Origin: Octopus vulgaris
Lineage: Eukaryota
Direction of reading: 5' to 3'
Length of the DNA: 64,000 bases
NCBI GenBank assembly: GCA_951406725.2
Contig: OX597826.1
Coordinates: 16,678,001-16,742,000, forward strand
Shown here: one piece after another, positions 13,630 to 27,646 of the stretch
Numbering within the stretch: the first letter of the stretch is position 1
Layout: every line of letters begins with the position of its first letter
Translations under genes and position numbers: made by a program
Notes under the pieces: model-generated
What the model saw: only the letters and a program-made list of their open reading frames with translations
The model's database searches: none
What the model was told of the DNA's origin: nothing

Positions 13630-16163
13630 ACAATAGTGTCTCTGTGAATGTTGCTAATAGAATGTTACAAATCATCGATTCGCCCTCAAGTTGAGAAAGC
13701 ACAACTGTAATTTTAGAAAAAGAATTGAACATGTATAATATTGATACAACCGTACTCTCTGAAACCCCTTATTAGTGATGACGGTCATATATGAGAAAGG
13801 AATGATAGCAATAAACTCTAATGGAAAGGCGAGAAAGGAAACGTAGGAGTATGTTTAGTATTCTAAACAGAGGTCGCTTAGCGGCTGGAATTATACAGAG
13901 TACTCACGATCGAATTATACAGAGTACTCACGATCGAATTATACAGAGTACTCACGATCGAATTATACAGAGTACTCACGATACCAGAAAGTGCGGGCTC
14001 TTCTGTCCAGGAGACTTTCATAAATGCCATTTCGACGTATGCCCCTATCCTGAATAGTAGCCAAGAACCAATAATGGATTTTTACAAGGACATATAACAT
14101 CGTTTTCACATGTAGATAAAATCCTGCTGCTAGAATTGAAGTGCTTCGGGGCGTCATGATTTGTGCGGAATGAATGCCAGTAGATTTCTTTTGTAACTAT
14201 GCAGTAATTTGTTTGAACCTATGGAATATTTTCGTTCAACAAAAGGATATCCACAATGCAACATGGGCATACCTAAACATATAAATATGAACCAACACCT
14301 CCAACAGAGACAGTCAGGATATCCACTTTGTAAAAGTAATGCATGAATAGAAGTGGTACATACCAGAAGCTTGTACGTCACAAGATGAAAATGCAGATCA
14401 GAAGAAAAGGGAAGGCGGCGTGGATCAAATTGTTAAAACATATATATGCGTGTGAACTGCCAAATTTAGAAAGGTAAGACTATCTCCTTAATGCACTTAA
14501 CAGTATTGTCAGTTCAGGAGAAAGCCCTACAATGCTGGATTTGATCTTAAGAAGACAAAATCACAAGACTGCTTTGATGATAATAATACTGCCATCACTA
14601 GGCTCATTGAAAAGAAGAACATGTTGTAAGAGAAATGCCTTGTTGCAAAAGGTCCAGTGCAGGCAGCTTTTGACAAGCCTTTTAGTGTTCTAAAGTAGCA
14701 ACAGAAATGAAGAGACGGCAAAATGTTTTATGGCCCACAGCTCTCAAAAGACCCAGAACGATTCATCAATCGATGAAATGAATATTTTAAAGATCTGTTT
14801 GATAAGCTATCTGTAGTTGATGGTGAAATTATAAATGGACTACCGCAAATGGAGATTATGGCAGAAATTATGGCTGATCCAACCATTAATGCGATAAGGT
14901 AACATCAAAGAGAGAATTACAGGAAAGCGGCAGGTTTGGATAGAATAAGAGTAAGAGTTCTAAGTCTGAATGTGGTCATTATCGAGGTATAACTCTGGTA
15001 GAATCCGTAAGCACAGATGTAACCAAGATTTTGCTGAATCCTTAAACAAAATGGATTTGTATTAGTGCCATTCCGGAGATCCAGGGTGTATTTAGATATG
15101 GGCAGGGCACTATGAAAAGGATTTCCTCAGCTTTCCAATTAATAGAGTGGTGTGTTGAGTAAGGTATTCCACTGTTACATTGTGGATCATACTGAGGAAG
15201 CTTGGATGCCATCATTAATTTTTGGGAATAATCAAACCGATTCGTCAAAAAAGGAGCTGAAACGTGAACTTCAGCGAGACACTTTCAAAGTCGATTCCGG
15301 TGGAAAATGGTACTAAACAAGGCATTAAACAAGGTATTAAATAAGGTATTAAACATTTCAGCGCCCATTTCCTTATATCACATACCTCACCATACGACTT
15401 ATATATGCCTTACTAACCTTTGAATTCGCTGTTTATTTGCGATTTAGAACCTCTAGATGGTTCCAAGAGCAAAACCGAAAATATTCGGCAGAGTTTTTAT
15501 GCAGAAGATGCTAATTCTAGGGTTCATTCGGCAAATGATATACATGTGATATTTGACATCTTCTCCACTGCATCCGCTCGATCTGTACATGCCACCAGCT
15601 GGGAAACCTTTTGTGAAACCTATCATTTGGTGGGAGGAAACAGACTTGAGGGGATCTGCTGCTTAGAGGATCTTTGAAGAACATTTAGTCGAAACGGTAT
15701 CCTTGAAGATGAAATAAATAAGAAGTTTGTGATAGCTTGTGGTGCTTTAGAGAATCTTGATGAGTCTACTGAGATCGGGGACACATGCCAGACACGATTC
15801 TCGCTGTATATGAGTCCTGTTTTGTTACAGCATGCTATACAGAGCCGAAACGCTGACAACTTTCCCCTTAATTCCTCATATCAAACATTTGGAAATGTTT
15901 CAGTAGCATCGTATCCAGCTGCGTCCTGAACATAAACAGGACCTCTTACACAATATTGCCTTACTTGAGAAAACTAACAACATAAATTTTGAGAAAATGG
16001 TAACTTGAAGCCTGATGCGTTGCACTGGTCATTTTAACTAGGTGGAAGACTGAAGGATTCTCAAATATATTTAATGGAGAGCACCCTTGAAGCATTAGAG
16101 GATGATATAGGTATGTGGTATATATTGGCAATAAACCGTTCATCGTGGAGAGACTATCAATTA
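13630..16163 (+). mobile_element. Decayed RTE-clade LINE (APE endonuclease + RT), 5' part
   Basis: KELNMYNIDTTVLSET (APE N-terminus, ~13720), GKAAGLDRI (~14920), KQG region (~15315), FYAEDA (degenerate YADD, ~15495), AINRSSWR near the 3' end; many stops and frameshifts. Confidence 0.7.
13888..13982 (+). repeat. 24-bp tandem repeat x4 (GAATTATACAGAGTACTCACGATC) inside the RTE endonuclease remnant
   Basis: Four identical adjacent units (last one lacks the final base), no spacers. Confidence 0.95.
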
Positions 16164-18470
16164 CACTGGCCCCAAAAATTTGTGTTGCCTTGGATACCAA
16201 CGTAATTGATATTACCTAATTTGAGTATGCCGAATCCAAATACGAAGTTAGTTTTTTATCTGTAATAATTTGCAATTAAGGTTTTTTTTATGTTTTCCGA
16301 ATTTTGAATATTTCCCGAGATAGATGTAATCTAGTTGTAATATCTTCGAACTAGGTGGGAAAGAACGAATATCTTTGCTTTGAGATTCTAACTTTATTCA
16401 TATATACGAGTTAGTATGTCACAACAAGATTTAGGCTATAAAAATAGCATTTCTTATTCTGATTCTAAGTAAAATAAATGTCATCATGTACCGATCTTTC
16501 TCACCATCTGCATTTCAGTTGAAAATATATATTATATACAAATGATAGGTGTACATAGTTGACTAACTGATCAGAATGGAAGATAAAACAAAAATTGATT
16601 TTATTCAGGTAAGACTTTGCACTCTGAGCACTTGTATTTGTAGTCTTTTTCAGAAAAAAATTTGCTTAATGCTTCAGCAGTCATCTGCCATCGTTTTTAT
16701 CCCATCTTCCTTGATAACGCTCTTCCATAGTCCTGAAGTCTAGGTAGAAGCGCTCGCCTTGTTCATCACTTACATCTCCATGGTTTTCAGGGAATGATCG
16801 AAGTGGCTAGGGGGGAAATGGAGTTTGACGCTCATGTTACATCCAAGATCATGGAAAGCTGACAACATATTACTTTTCTGTTTCCAAGAACTTTTTTCAT
16901 AACTGGTACGAATGACAGCCATGCTGCTCTTTCCTTGTCCTTCGTCTTTCCGAAAGATTTCCCATCACGTACAATGGCATGAATCTGGGGTCCGTCAAAC
17001 ACACCTACTTTGATTTTCTCGAATGACAAACGAAGAACTGCAGATGCTATATGCTAAAAACATTCACCATCAGTATTCAATACCCAGCTTTATATATATG
17101 TGCAGTGATGGGAAATAATGTTTTCTCAACTGTCAATTGAATAATTCACAATATTTGACATGCTTGCTTTCAGAGTCTCATGAATGTGCCACTTCTGAAT
17201 CCATTGTTTCTCTCGAGCTCAACTGTCCAACATGGAGGGATATCAAGGATATTTTTGAAACCTTTCTGTTGGCCGACGAAGAAATTGATTATTTTCAAGT
17301 CTATACAAATGGTCCAGTTGTGCTCATGATATTTTAGTTAGTAAATAAACATTTTTATGTCATCGTATTGTTCTTGTAAACGCACTGAGTGACAAGCTGG
17401 GTCAGCTACATAAACATTGTATAGGAAAACACATTTCAGGCTGTACTTAGAATTGTCTAGAATAGTCGCCAGTCAGTTTCACTGTATGAGGGGATTCTTA
17501 ATACCGTGAGAAGACTGTGGATATCGTGGCAGTAAACAAAGCGTTTCTGTTTTGAAAAAAAATGGCACAAAAATCTGGTCTCGTTTCCGAAAATAATAAA
17601 CTTTTTCAGTTTGGTAAAGTAGATATTTTCCTTGCAGCCTGGAACTATAACTTCAACTGCAGTCTTGAAGAGTCCCAAATCAGGTGCTAAATTAGTCAGT
17701 TTTTGCCTCGTTAAATTGTTGAGGAGTTGATTTTTCAGTACCATAAGTGGGAGTCTTGAACTTCTGATATAATTTCTTCGTCTTCATTATCGTTATTGTA
17801 CTCTTGTTCACTAACTTCGTCTTCGGAAATCCAAGGAAAACTGGAATCAGGAGTGTCTCAGAATGCATGATAGTTCTAATTGCTGAAAAATTATTGGGAT
17901 AAGATATTTTACGCCTATCTTTCTTGCCGATGCTTTTTGTGTTGACTATACGAAAATAACTCTTGCTTACGTAGTCCCTGGGCTCCCGCCAAACCATGGG
18001 AATTCAACGTGGCAGGCCCATTCCGTTTTCCTTTTGTCCAGTCACGAAGCATTTCTTCAGTTATGACAGATATCATCAGGGGCCTCTTTTTTGTCTTGGT
18101 TGCCTAGGGGAATTCCAAAATAGGCTTTATAAGCCCGTTTCACAGACAATAGGATACTGTGCCCTTCACGAATAAGTTGAAAGAAACACGCAAAAGCCAT
18201 CGGGATTATTCACACATCTATGTCTCCTTAAAGACTCCATCATCGGATCTGACGAAATTCAATTGTCAATTCTTTATAAGTAGGATATATGTATAGGATA
18301 TACGTCAAATTTAACTATAAATGAATAAAAATGATAACCATCAATTTGCAAGATAACTACAGCATGGAGAGCAAAACCGATTCCACATTTATAATTTGCA
18401 CAAAAAAGTCCATTAGAATCAGGAATAAAAATCTCATGCAACAGAAATTGTTTTTAAATGTTGTCGAGCG
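16164..18470 (-). mobile_element. Decayed DNA transposon, probably Chapaev3 (CMC group) transposase pseudogene
   Basis: Minus-strand peptides RCVNNPDGFC, MVWREPRDY, DWRLF, KIKVGVFDGPQI...AAWLSF...VLGN, FPENHGDVSDEQGERFY...RYQGRW; left end CACTGGCCCAAAAATTTGTGTTGC versus degenerate right end GCAACAGAAATT...GAGCG; flanks TTA/CTA fit a 3-bp TSD. Superfamily assignment is from recalled motifs. Confidence 0.7.
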
Positions 18471-18680
18471 CTAAAGATATGTTGTCAATGAACATAAGAG
18501 TATGGAGCACGCTACTTTGAAGAGTTCTCTCCGTAATTGTAACCCAAGTTCATTGCCAGCACAAACCCAGTAGGACCTGGCTTCTGCCTTCATGACCTTT
18601 TCCTTTATGAGTTCTCTGATATCACATGAACCAGGGTTAAATCGAGTGGCTTGTCAGACGGCTATACCACCTCGCACACT
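18471..18680 (+). mobile_element. 3' continuation of the RTE LINE after the DNA-transposon insertion
   Basis: GAACATAAGAGTATGGAGCACGCTACTTTGAAG = EHKSMEHATLK, fitting the RTE C-terminal region that follows the xRSxWR motif at 16135. Confidence 0.45.
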
Positions 18681-18771
18681 CCAGTATATTTGTAATTGAA
18701 AGAGAATTGTTACGTCAGTGCACGCTGCGGTAAATCTAAATATACCATACGTATACATATATATTATAATA

Positions 18772-18841
<70 letters not shown>

Positions 18842-19274
18842 GTTAAACTGTGTATGTCCAAATTTGGTCAAATGCGTTTTTTACAATATTTATTTTTGCT
18901 TGCAATAAACGATTTTTTCTGTCATACTATCGTATCTACTGCTGCTTCAGATGACAAAATATCAAAAAATGTCAAAGTATAGTACAACGGTTTTGCTATG
19001 GAATGGTGAAAATGCTTTTTCGTTTTCTGGAAAACATACGTTTTGTACTTACGACACGTTTGCATATATACTTCGTTTAGGCATTGCCATATTAATAAGC
19101 TGGAGTTACAACTCAATATATTTCATATTTCAAACTCTCATGACACTGCAGAAGGATGGTCAAGCACTCAACTTGAGTGCATTGCACCATGTAGCAGAAA
19201 TAGGTGTGAGGTAATGAAGTTTACATAACGTAATGGTTTATTGCCTCTGTTTGTCATCCCAATATATAATTTAT

Positions 19275-19330
<56 letters not shown>

Positions 19331-19500
19331 ATAGAGAGAGACAGAAAGCGAGAGAAATAACTTGTTTTAAATCTCTGAGCGAGAGATATACAGCAACAGT
19401 ACCGAATAGTCATGTTTATATGCCAACAAAATGTGGCATCCTATAAAGGACTATGTTTTCGTGGGGATAAAACACAGTATGCTGGCAAATAAATTTTAGT

Positions 19501-19568
<68 letters not shown>

Positions 19569-20373
19569 TAATTTAGGATATATAAGAGATACCTGCACGC
19601 ATGAAATAGCAGCAAAAACTTGAGTCAAAAGTCACATTCATACAGCACCAGGAGAGAAGACAAAAAGTCAAAATAAACAAATAAAAAAGAATTACTGGAT
19701 AATTCCAGATCCCGGATTTCTGACTCTGCAAGATTTCTGACTCTTGTATACATTGCACAACCCGAACGTTTAAATACTTTAAATAATAATTTTGTGAGTA
19801 TTCCTATATTTTTCAAATTTTAATTCTGTATAATCAAATAAGAAGAAATATACTATACTAGCTTTCAATTTAACATTCATAGATGACTAAAAAAACTTCA
19901 CTGCAAACTTGAAATTTGAAATTTTTCTAAATTTAATCTAGCTTCAAAAATTAATAAGGCTTTCCCCCAGTTAAAAAATAGAATGCCTACTCATAATAAT
20001 AAGTGATAGGTTTTTCCCCCTTTTTTTCTCTAAATTACACTCTCTGTGAATGGGATTAGGACCATTTGGCATTGACGTAGTTTCTCTCACCAAATAGCAG
20101 TAATTGGCATTTATTAGTGACAATTGCTGTCTTCAACAGGAATTCCTTTTATGGAGTTCTGAAACCTCCTGTACTCCATTTCTACAATTAAAAAATCTTT
20201 ATTTCTTCTAACCGTACAGCAGTTAGGAACAGCCATATCTTATTCAGTCAGTGGAAGAACTTCACTACATCATATGTTCTTAAAATTTAAATCCACATCT
20301 TTGTCTGTATATGTACCTTCTCTATAATGTTGCCACTTGATTTGAACATTTTTGTATTAATGGAAAACCTCTA

Positions 20374-20466
20374 TAATTGGCTGATGAGTACTCAGCATCT
20401 TAAATCTGTTGTAATAATTACAACATTTAATAAAATGATGTAGTACGAATCGATCGTACCAAATTA
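20374..20466 (+). ncRNA. Type I hammerhead ribozyme motif with long stem II, one core substitution (GAAA>GAAT)
   Basis: TAATTGG-CTGATGA(20381)-GTACT...AGTAC-GAAT-CGATCG-TA-CCAAATTA; stem II contains TGTTGTAAT/ATTACAACA; palindromic stem III. Confidence 0.75.
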
Positions 20467-20493
20467 CCGGAGTCATTCTTGTTGCTTATTTTG

Positions 20494-20565
<72 letters not shown>

Positions 20566-20583
20566 TACATATATATATATACA

Positions 20584-20618
<35 letters not shown>

Positions 20619-21517
20619 ATATGTATATATTTGTGTATATATAAAGAGAGACAGAGAGAGCGAGAGAGACAGCAAGAGAGAATGAGAGGGAGTGAGAGAG
20701 ATTGAAAAAGAGAGTAATGTATTTGACTATGTGCTGAACATTTTAACAGCGAAAAACTAGTTCGTTATTATACTATGAAAGCATTATGGTTTCTTCATAT
20801 ACTATTCATAATTTTGTTTTCTCTATATGAACAATGCACTCACTACGCTCTTTATGTGTGTGTTTGTGTCTGACTGAGTATGTGGTAGATTCATATTTGT
20901 ATTTACAGTACCGTTTTCTACACTACTGCACATACAGAAATACATATATCAATCTTTTAGATCCCTGCTATTTGATTAATTATAGCCTATATTGTGCACA
21001 CATTACAATAAACTGTGTGTACCTCTCAGTATCTGCAGCACTTGAGAATCTATTCTCATAAAACCACAAATTTGTTTACTCTTCTGTTTACTTTCATATA
21101 CATACAGACACAAACATAACGTCTGTTTAAGAAGCTTTTCGCTAGTTTAGTTTCAACACACACGCAAACATCTGAAAAGATTTTTACCAAAGTTCTCCTG
21201 CAGACTACCTAGACTTATTGATTATTAAATGTCAGGCTACTTTCGTGGTTGTAAACTCTGTAAATATTCACTACGAAGATTAAATACTTACACAAATGAA
21301 AAGTTTCAGAATGGCGGACGGTTCCACAAGATACATGCTGCATCCACATCACTCTTTCTCTCTCTCTTTCTCTCTCTCTCACCTTGTTATTATCTCTCTA
21401 ACTTCGTCTCTCCTTTTCTCTCCTCTTAGTTATTCTAACTTCATCTCGGGCTATTATTCTAGGGATATTTCATTATTCTTTCCTTCATTTTCCTCTCGTA
21501 TCATTTCTTTATTTATT

Positions 21518-21527
21518 TTATTATTGC

Positions 21528-21603
<76 letters not shown>

Positions 21604-21673
21604 GTTGTTGTTGTTGTTGTTATTATTACTATTTATCATTATTATTAATATTAATATTATTATTAATAATAAT
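21518..21673. repeat. (TTA)n/(TTG)n microsatellite
   Basis: Direct inspection. Confidence 0.95.
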
Positions 21674-23049
21674 GTCATCCTGTATCTATGAAGATGCCTT
21701 TCCTTTGTTCCCGCTGTATACTTACAACGATAATATACTTCATTCAATACGGTTCTTCTCATCATCTCTTCCTCACTTACTTCAGTTGTATTCCCCCTTT
21801 TATGTGGAGCTAGTCTATTGTAAGGGAATAACAATTTCACCAATATAATAAGTATAAGAATGTATATGTTGTGGAGACTTGGCACTGAAAATGGAAATGC
21901 ATTTCATTTTTTCTGCTTTCCATTCACATTTTTTTACTCTTTATTCCTCTTTTATCAATTTTTATTTCTTTTTTCTCTGGGTTCATCATATTATTATTTT
22001 CCAGAGCTATTGAGCTATTTACTTTGCCTCAAGAACTGAAATTTTGCCTAATTTTCGGAGATTTTTCTTTCTGTCCTTTATGTTTTGGGGAAACAATTCA
22101 CCATGAGAGAATTATGATTAGTCATTATATTGTTTTCGAACAAGTTTATTTACTAAATGAATTAACATTATTTAAAAACACATATACATATACCCATATT
22201 CAGACACATACACATATTACACAAACACGCACATGCAGATATATACAATATTACATATATATATACATACACACACACACACATATATATATATATGCAT
22301 GCATGCATACGTATACGTATGCCCTTCCCAAACCATAGTCTTGTAGGGTCGGTCTCGGAATTCTCTGGAGTATATATTTCGCCATAGAATTGGACGGTGG
22401 TCCACTGCTGCTCTGGAGAAACGTAAAATGTTTTTGTGTCTTTTGAGCAAAACGTTTTGCTCAAAAACACAAAGCATCACTCGATCAGTGAATCCAAATC
22501 ACAATTATAAATATATATATATATATATATATATTAATACCAAAACGTAATGTTTATCCCCACTTAAAAATGGATGTTGTTTTTAACACACACGATACTA
22601 CATAACTTACTCACGTGGACTTGTGTGCAATCGTGTTTGTATCGTTAAATGTGAGATAATCATCCATCATCGCTGCTGAAACTGGAAGATCACGTGATTT
22701 CGTCCTTCTTAGAAAACGGGGATACTAGACTATTACAAAGAAAATGAAACCAATGTGCCAGACGATATTTTGGATTTGCTACGCAGCGTCGAGATGAGAT
22801 ATAGGAGTGTACTCGTGTAAGGTGAAAGAAATAAGGAAACTGAAAGAAGAGAGATCAAATAGGAAATTATTGCATGTTGGAAACAGAAGAGGAAGCGTAA
22901 ACAGAAAAGTCATATAAAAAGGAGGGTAAAAAATGAGGAATTAAATCAATCTTACAAATCTTACTAACCTAAGCAGAATTTATGTCACCCAATAAAGAAC
23001 GATGATAATTATGCAGGTTTACGCAATATGGTTGTATTCACAGAAATGT

Positions 23050-24330
23050 GAGGCATTTCACAGATATTTCAGGCGAAGTTTCGCTATTCTTAAAAACCCT
23101 TCGTATTCTCAGAAATGAGATTTCTTTATGTTATATCACTTCTTAAAGTCCACTTTTTGCTGCATATTCCTCTTACCTTCTTCATTTGGTTGGAACAATG
23201 CAGCACAACATAACTTTCCGTTTGTTCAAACAACGGAAAGTTACAGCAACACGTTAAATACAACACGGCAAGTTTACAAATACAATTTCATCGGATATAC
23301 TTTTCTATAGTATTTCCTCGCATGCTATTTCAAACTGCTACCAGCCAGTTGTTTACTACCTCTGACTCTACTAACCATGATTTTGATACTATTATGTTCG
23401 ATTTCAATGAAGATCTTGGTAAAAACAACTTGGCTCGGTTCTATATATTTTACTCACACCTTGCGTTCCTTCGTGGAAACAAAGCTACCTGGATAAACAA
23501 CAAATATATAGATTCTATAATCGGATACACATTATTGTAAAATTCATGTGGCATCTTCAAATTCACTCATCTTTCTTTGTTCATTTGCAACTACTGACTT
23601 CAAAAGCACTTTTTCATCTGGTTACTCTCATTCTGACAAGGCTGTTTGGATGAATGAATTGCCAGGTGTAAATTATTTAACAACTCTAAATAAATGTGTG
23701 ACTCATTGTACTGTAAAGCCAGCAATCTTTCGTAAGTTGCAAGAAATACCACTAAAACAATCTGAGATCATTCTTTTCTACGCAAGGCGAACTAAAAACC
23801 ATGAAATTCATAATCAACAAACCCAAGTCTTCATACTGCTATATCTGAGAAACAGGTTGTCATCATTTTCACGATGTATGTTGAAGAACGGTTTCACATT
23901 ATTGCTCTTTTAAAATTATCAAATTACGAATAAATCAATGACCGGAAAGTTGCTTCATATCAGTGATTTCATTTGCACACCATTTGAATTCTACTAAACG
24001 CCCTGCCAGATTTCTGCCATCTTCTTGGAGCCTGTCATCTTTGCTACATCAAACAGGTATACGCCCATCACAGTCTTACCTGCATATTTTCTTCCTTTCA
24101 ACTGCAACGGATTCGCTGCATCTCAGTTTAGTAGTATTCAGATTCGTTCTCATAAAGCATGTCACTATCCCCGCCATCGCTGTCACACAAGTGTTTCCAC
24201 GCACACTATGTTAAGAAAGTAACTTGTAATGAGACATTCATACATATTTAATTTGTTTTTGAATTTAAAACAGTTAATAAAAAAATTAAAGAACAAATCA
24301 TTTGTGAACAGTTTGCCTCATAACATTACA
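23050..24330 (+). mobile_element. Very old LINE remnant (CR1/L2-like RT C-terminal half), tentative
   Basis: Weak residual peptides in the expected order (PLF-like, LQ..F.RIY, EDLG, FxTKRPARF); no clean catalytic motif. Confidence 0.25.
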
Positions 24331-24491
24331 TTGTAATACATTTTGTATATTATTGTTTCTGCAACCTTTTATGACTGTTCTACACATATACAGTTTGTAA
24401 AAGCCAAAACATTTATGAACTGGATTGAGCGATTTCATTTTTTTCTTCTGCTAAGTGCCATTTGTATATTCTATTCAATACTTGGGAACCT

Positions 24492-24712
24492 TAAGGCGGT
24501 GAGCTGCTAAAATCGATCGAATGCCGAGTAAAATGCTTAGCGATATTTGGTCCGTTTTCAAGTTCTGAGTTCAAATTCTGCCGAGGTCAACTTTACCTTT
24601 CATCCTTTTGGATTAAATAAAATAAGTACCAGGTGAGTCCTGGGGTCGATGTAATCAACTTAACCCCTCCCCTAACGTTGCTGGCCTTGTGTCAAAATTT
24701 GACATCAATATT
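24492..24712 (+). mobile_element. SINE family B copy
   Basis: AAGGCGGTGAGCTG...GTTCTGAGTTCAAATTCTGCCGAGGTCAACTTTACCTTTCATCCTTT...AAGTACCAG...GGGGTCGATGTAATC. Confidence 0.85.
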
Positions 24713-24732
24713 TGGCAACATTAATCAAAAAT

Positions 24733-25117
24733 CATTGAAACAAGAAATTGATTTTACTGAAATGTCTAATGCTGATCAGAGTTAGTCTTGGCTATATCTC
24801 TACACTCTGTTATAACACCTACATACATTTTTCAGCAATCATTTTAAACATTACTTGTTGATAGGAGTTGGCAGGCAATAAAATTTTAATATTTACAAGA
24901 TCTTTAGGAATATTCTAGAAAATTTCAGTCAACCCCTAAGTTTTGTAGACTTTTATTTTTGTGGGCGAAGGTCATGTGATTTCAGACCCACTTTAATAAG
25001 ATGTTTCTCATCATTCCACATTCTCTGTCAGAGATTATTCTTGTCGTACAAGAAGTCGTTGTCTCAAGGCTCTTCTTTTCATATTCATCATTCATCAATT
25101 CATACACTGAAAAATAC
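24733..25117 (+). repeat. ~385-bp direct repeat, copy 1 (copy 2 at 27030-27433)
   Basis: CATTGAAACAAGAAATTGATTTTACTGAAATGTCTAATGCTGATCAGAG...CATTCATCAATTCATACA present twice with scattered substitutions and one small indel. Confidence 0.9.
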
Positions 25118-25279
25118 AAGAATGTGTACTTTATGCATGTAAAAATGTTTAGTGATATTGATAAACGTTGTTGAAAATAATTCCTTCTTCTGAACATATT
25201 ATTACTATTCATTATTTTACATGCCAATCCTAAAACAACCACAAATGTTTACTAGGTGGTTCCATAGGTTAGAACAGAA

Positions 25280-25606
25280 TAAAAAAAAGACTCCGCCGGT
25301 TACGACGACGAGGGTCCCAGCTGATACGATCAACGGAACAGCTTGCTCGTGAAATTAACGTGCAAATGGCTGAGCATTCCACATACACGTGTACCCTTAA
25401 CGTAGTTCTCGGGGATAATCAGCGTGACACATAGAGTGATAAGGCTGACCCTTTGAAATACAAGTACAACTCATTTTTGCCAGCTGAGTGGACTGGAGCA
25501 ACGTGAAATAAAGTGTCTTGCTCAAGGACACAACACGTCGCCGGGAATCGAACTCACAACCTTACGATCATGAGCCGAATGCCCTAACCACTAAGCCACG
25601 CGCCCT
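25280..25606 (-). mobile_element. SINE family C, young full-length tRNA-derived SINE
   Basis: Minus strand GGGCGCGTGGCTTAGTGGTTAGG (A box)...GAGTTCGATTCCC (B box), then GTGTCCTTGAGCAAGACACTT core and CCAGTCCACTCAGCTGG. Confidence 0.9.
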
Positions 25607-26519
25607 CACTTATAACAGAATATTGTTATACTGATTAAACTCGAGTCGACTAATTCGTGAGACAGTTATCAAGATTGAATCAACACCTGTACGGTGTGTG
25701 ATTCCTTTTACTTAGTGCCGTGTTAGTTTCTCAAGTTAACGCTGTTATCATTGTCACTGTTAGTCACATTTGTTTTCAATTACGCATATTCGTGTTATGC
25801 GTATCCGCATTTTAACACCAGCTTTGAAGTTCATACAATGGCGGCACCTTTTTACCTTTTATTTTGACAATGATATTAGTGATTTCTTTATTATGATCAA
25901 CTTTATGTTTCACTAGAGTTAAGTTAGACCTAAATAGACACATTCACTTTTCTGAAGATACTAATGAAGCTGCACTTCCATAAATACAATTAAACATATC
26001 TATTGATTTTTACCACTATATGCATGGCGAAGTCAAAATTAAAATGCGTCCAAAAATATACTTAGTGGAAGTTACTATATATTACGCTTAACTCTCAAGC
26101 CGCAAAGATTGATAACTGTAGGTAATTAATTGAATTCACATAGTCGGAGATAAATTGTGAGATTGTTGTATATCATAAACGTTAAGATATTCGAAGCGAT
26201 ATTACTCGTGTATGAATTAGTTGATGTAAAGATAAATCAATGTTCGTACTATTCTGTTCAAATGATTTTATCACGTTTCAATCATGACAATATATATGGA
26301 AGAAGTGTGTGATTAATATATTTTTCCCATACTTAAGGGTTTTAAGCGCATTCATATGACAGAAAAAGGCTTTATAGTGTTTTGTAGTTACGACAATATG
26401 GGGGAAGTGTTTAAAACCCAGTTCATATGCTTTACTGAGCAAAGTAGGTTCATTTCTAATCCCTAATATGTATATCCGTTTCATACTACTATATACGCCC
26501 ACTTTATATTCTTTTATTA

Positions 26520-26880
26520 TTTTAATTGTTTCAAACATTTTAATGCGGCCACGCTGGAGCACCACCTTTAATCGAACAAATCGATCTCAGGACTTATTCT
26601 TTGTAAGCTTAACACTTATTCTATCGGTGTCCTTTTGCCGAACCACTAAGTTACGGGGACATAAATACACCAACGTCGGTTGTCATGTGATAGTAAGAGG
26701 GAGACAAATACAGACACACAAATACATATATATACATATATATACAACGGGCTTCTATCAGTTTCCGTCTACCAGATTTACTCACAAGGCTTTGGTCGGT
26801 CCGTGACTATAGTAGAAGACACTTGCCCAAACTGCCGCGCAGTGGGATTGAACCCAGTACCCTGTAGTTGGGAAGTAAGC
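26520..26880 (-). mobile_element. SINE family A copy
   Basis: Matches 2852-3264 along its length. Confidence 0.85.
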
Positions 26881-27029
26881 TTATTTATTTCATCAAATTT
26901 GCCATAAAGCCATTACTTAGATAGAAGCAAATGCGTGTGGACAACAACACAAATGAAATGAATGATGAGCAAAATAATGATATAGATGAGGGAAGCAGAC
27001 GACACCCGCCGATCGATGCTTCCCGAGAA

Positions 27030-27433
27030 CATTGAAACAAGAAATTGATTTTACTGAAATGTCTAATGCTGATCAGAGTTAGTCCTGGCTATATCTCTAA
27101 ACTCTGTTATAACACCTACATACATTTTTCAGCAATCATTTTTAACATTACCTTTTGATAGGTGTTGGCAGGCAATAACATTTTTATATTCACAAGATCT
27201 TTAGGAACATTCTAGAAAATTTCAGTTAACCCCTAAAACTCCTAAAATTTGGATCGTTTTGTAGACTTTTATTTTTGTGGGCGATGGTCATGTGATTCTA
27301 GTCCCACTTTAATAAGATGATTCTTATCATTCCACATTCTCTGTCAGAGATTATTCTTGTCATACTAGAAGTCTCTGTCTCAAGGCTCTTCTTTTGACAT
27401 TCATCATTCATCAATTCATACAGGGAAAAATAC
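27030..27433 (+). repeat. ~400-bp direct repeat, copy 2
   Basis: See 24733-25117. Confidence 0.9.
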
Positions 27434-27544
27434 CTAAATACCTAAATACTGTCTCCCGGCTCCGGTTCGACCTGAGCACTTTCAAGCAATTGTGTAAAAA
27501 ACATTTTTCGAAAGAAAAAAAAACAATATATATATATATATATA

Positions 27545-27616
27545 TAATCAAAATAAGCAACAAGGATATCCAAAGAAGTGTAGTACAATTGTTTCATGCT
27601 ACTTCATTTTATTAAA
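27545..27616 (-). mobile_element. 3' half of the hammerhead-bearing repeat seen at 20374 (5' core missing)
   Basis: Minus strand TTTAATAAAATGAAGTAGCAT-GAAA-CAATTG-TA...CTTGTTGCTTATTTTGATT(ATAT) parallels 20425-20495. Confidence 0.65.
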
Positions 27617-27646
27617 CGGACAATGCACATTATATATATATATATA

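Noticed and set aside
13888-13982. CRISPR-like repeat array
   Set aside because: Units are contiguous with no spacers, no cas genes, eukaryotic context
21680-21890. Further Dong 3' relic next to the TTA run (also 31150-31320)
   Set aside because: Only faint peptide resemblance; cannot be supported without alignment
25530-25606. tRNA gene
   Set aside because: tRNA-like A/B boxes run directly into a SINE body; it is a SINE head
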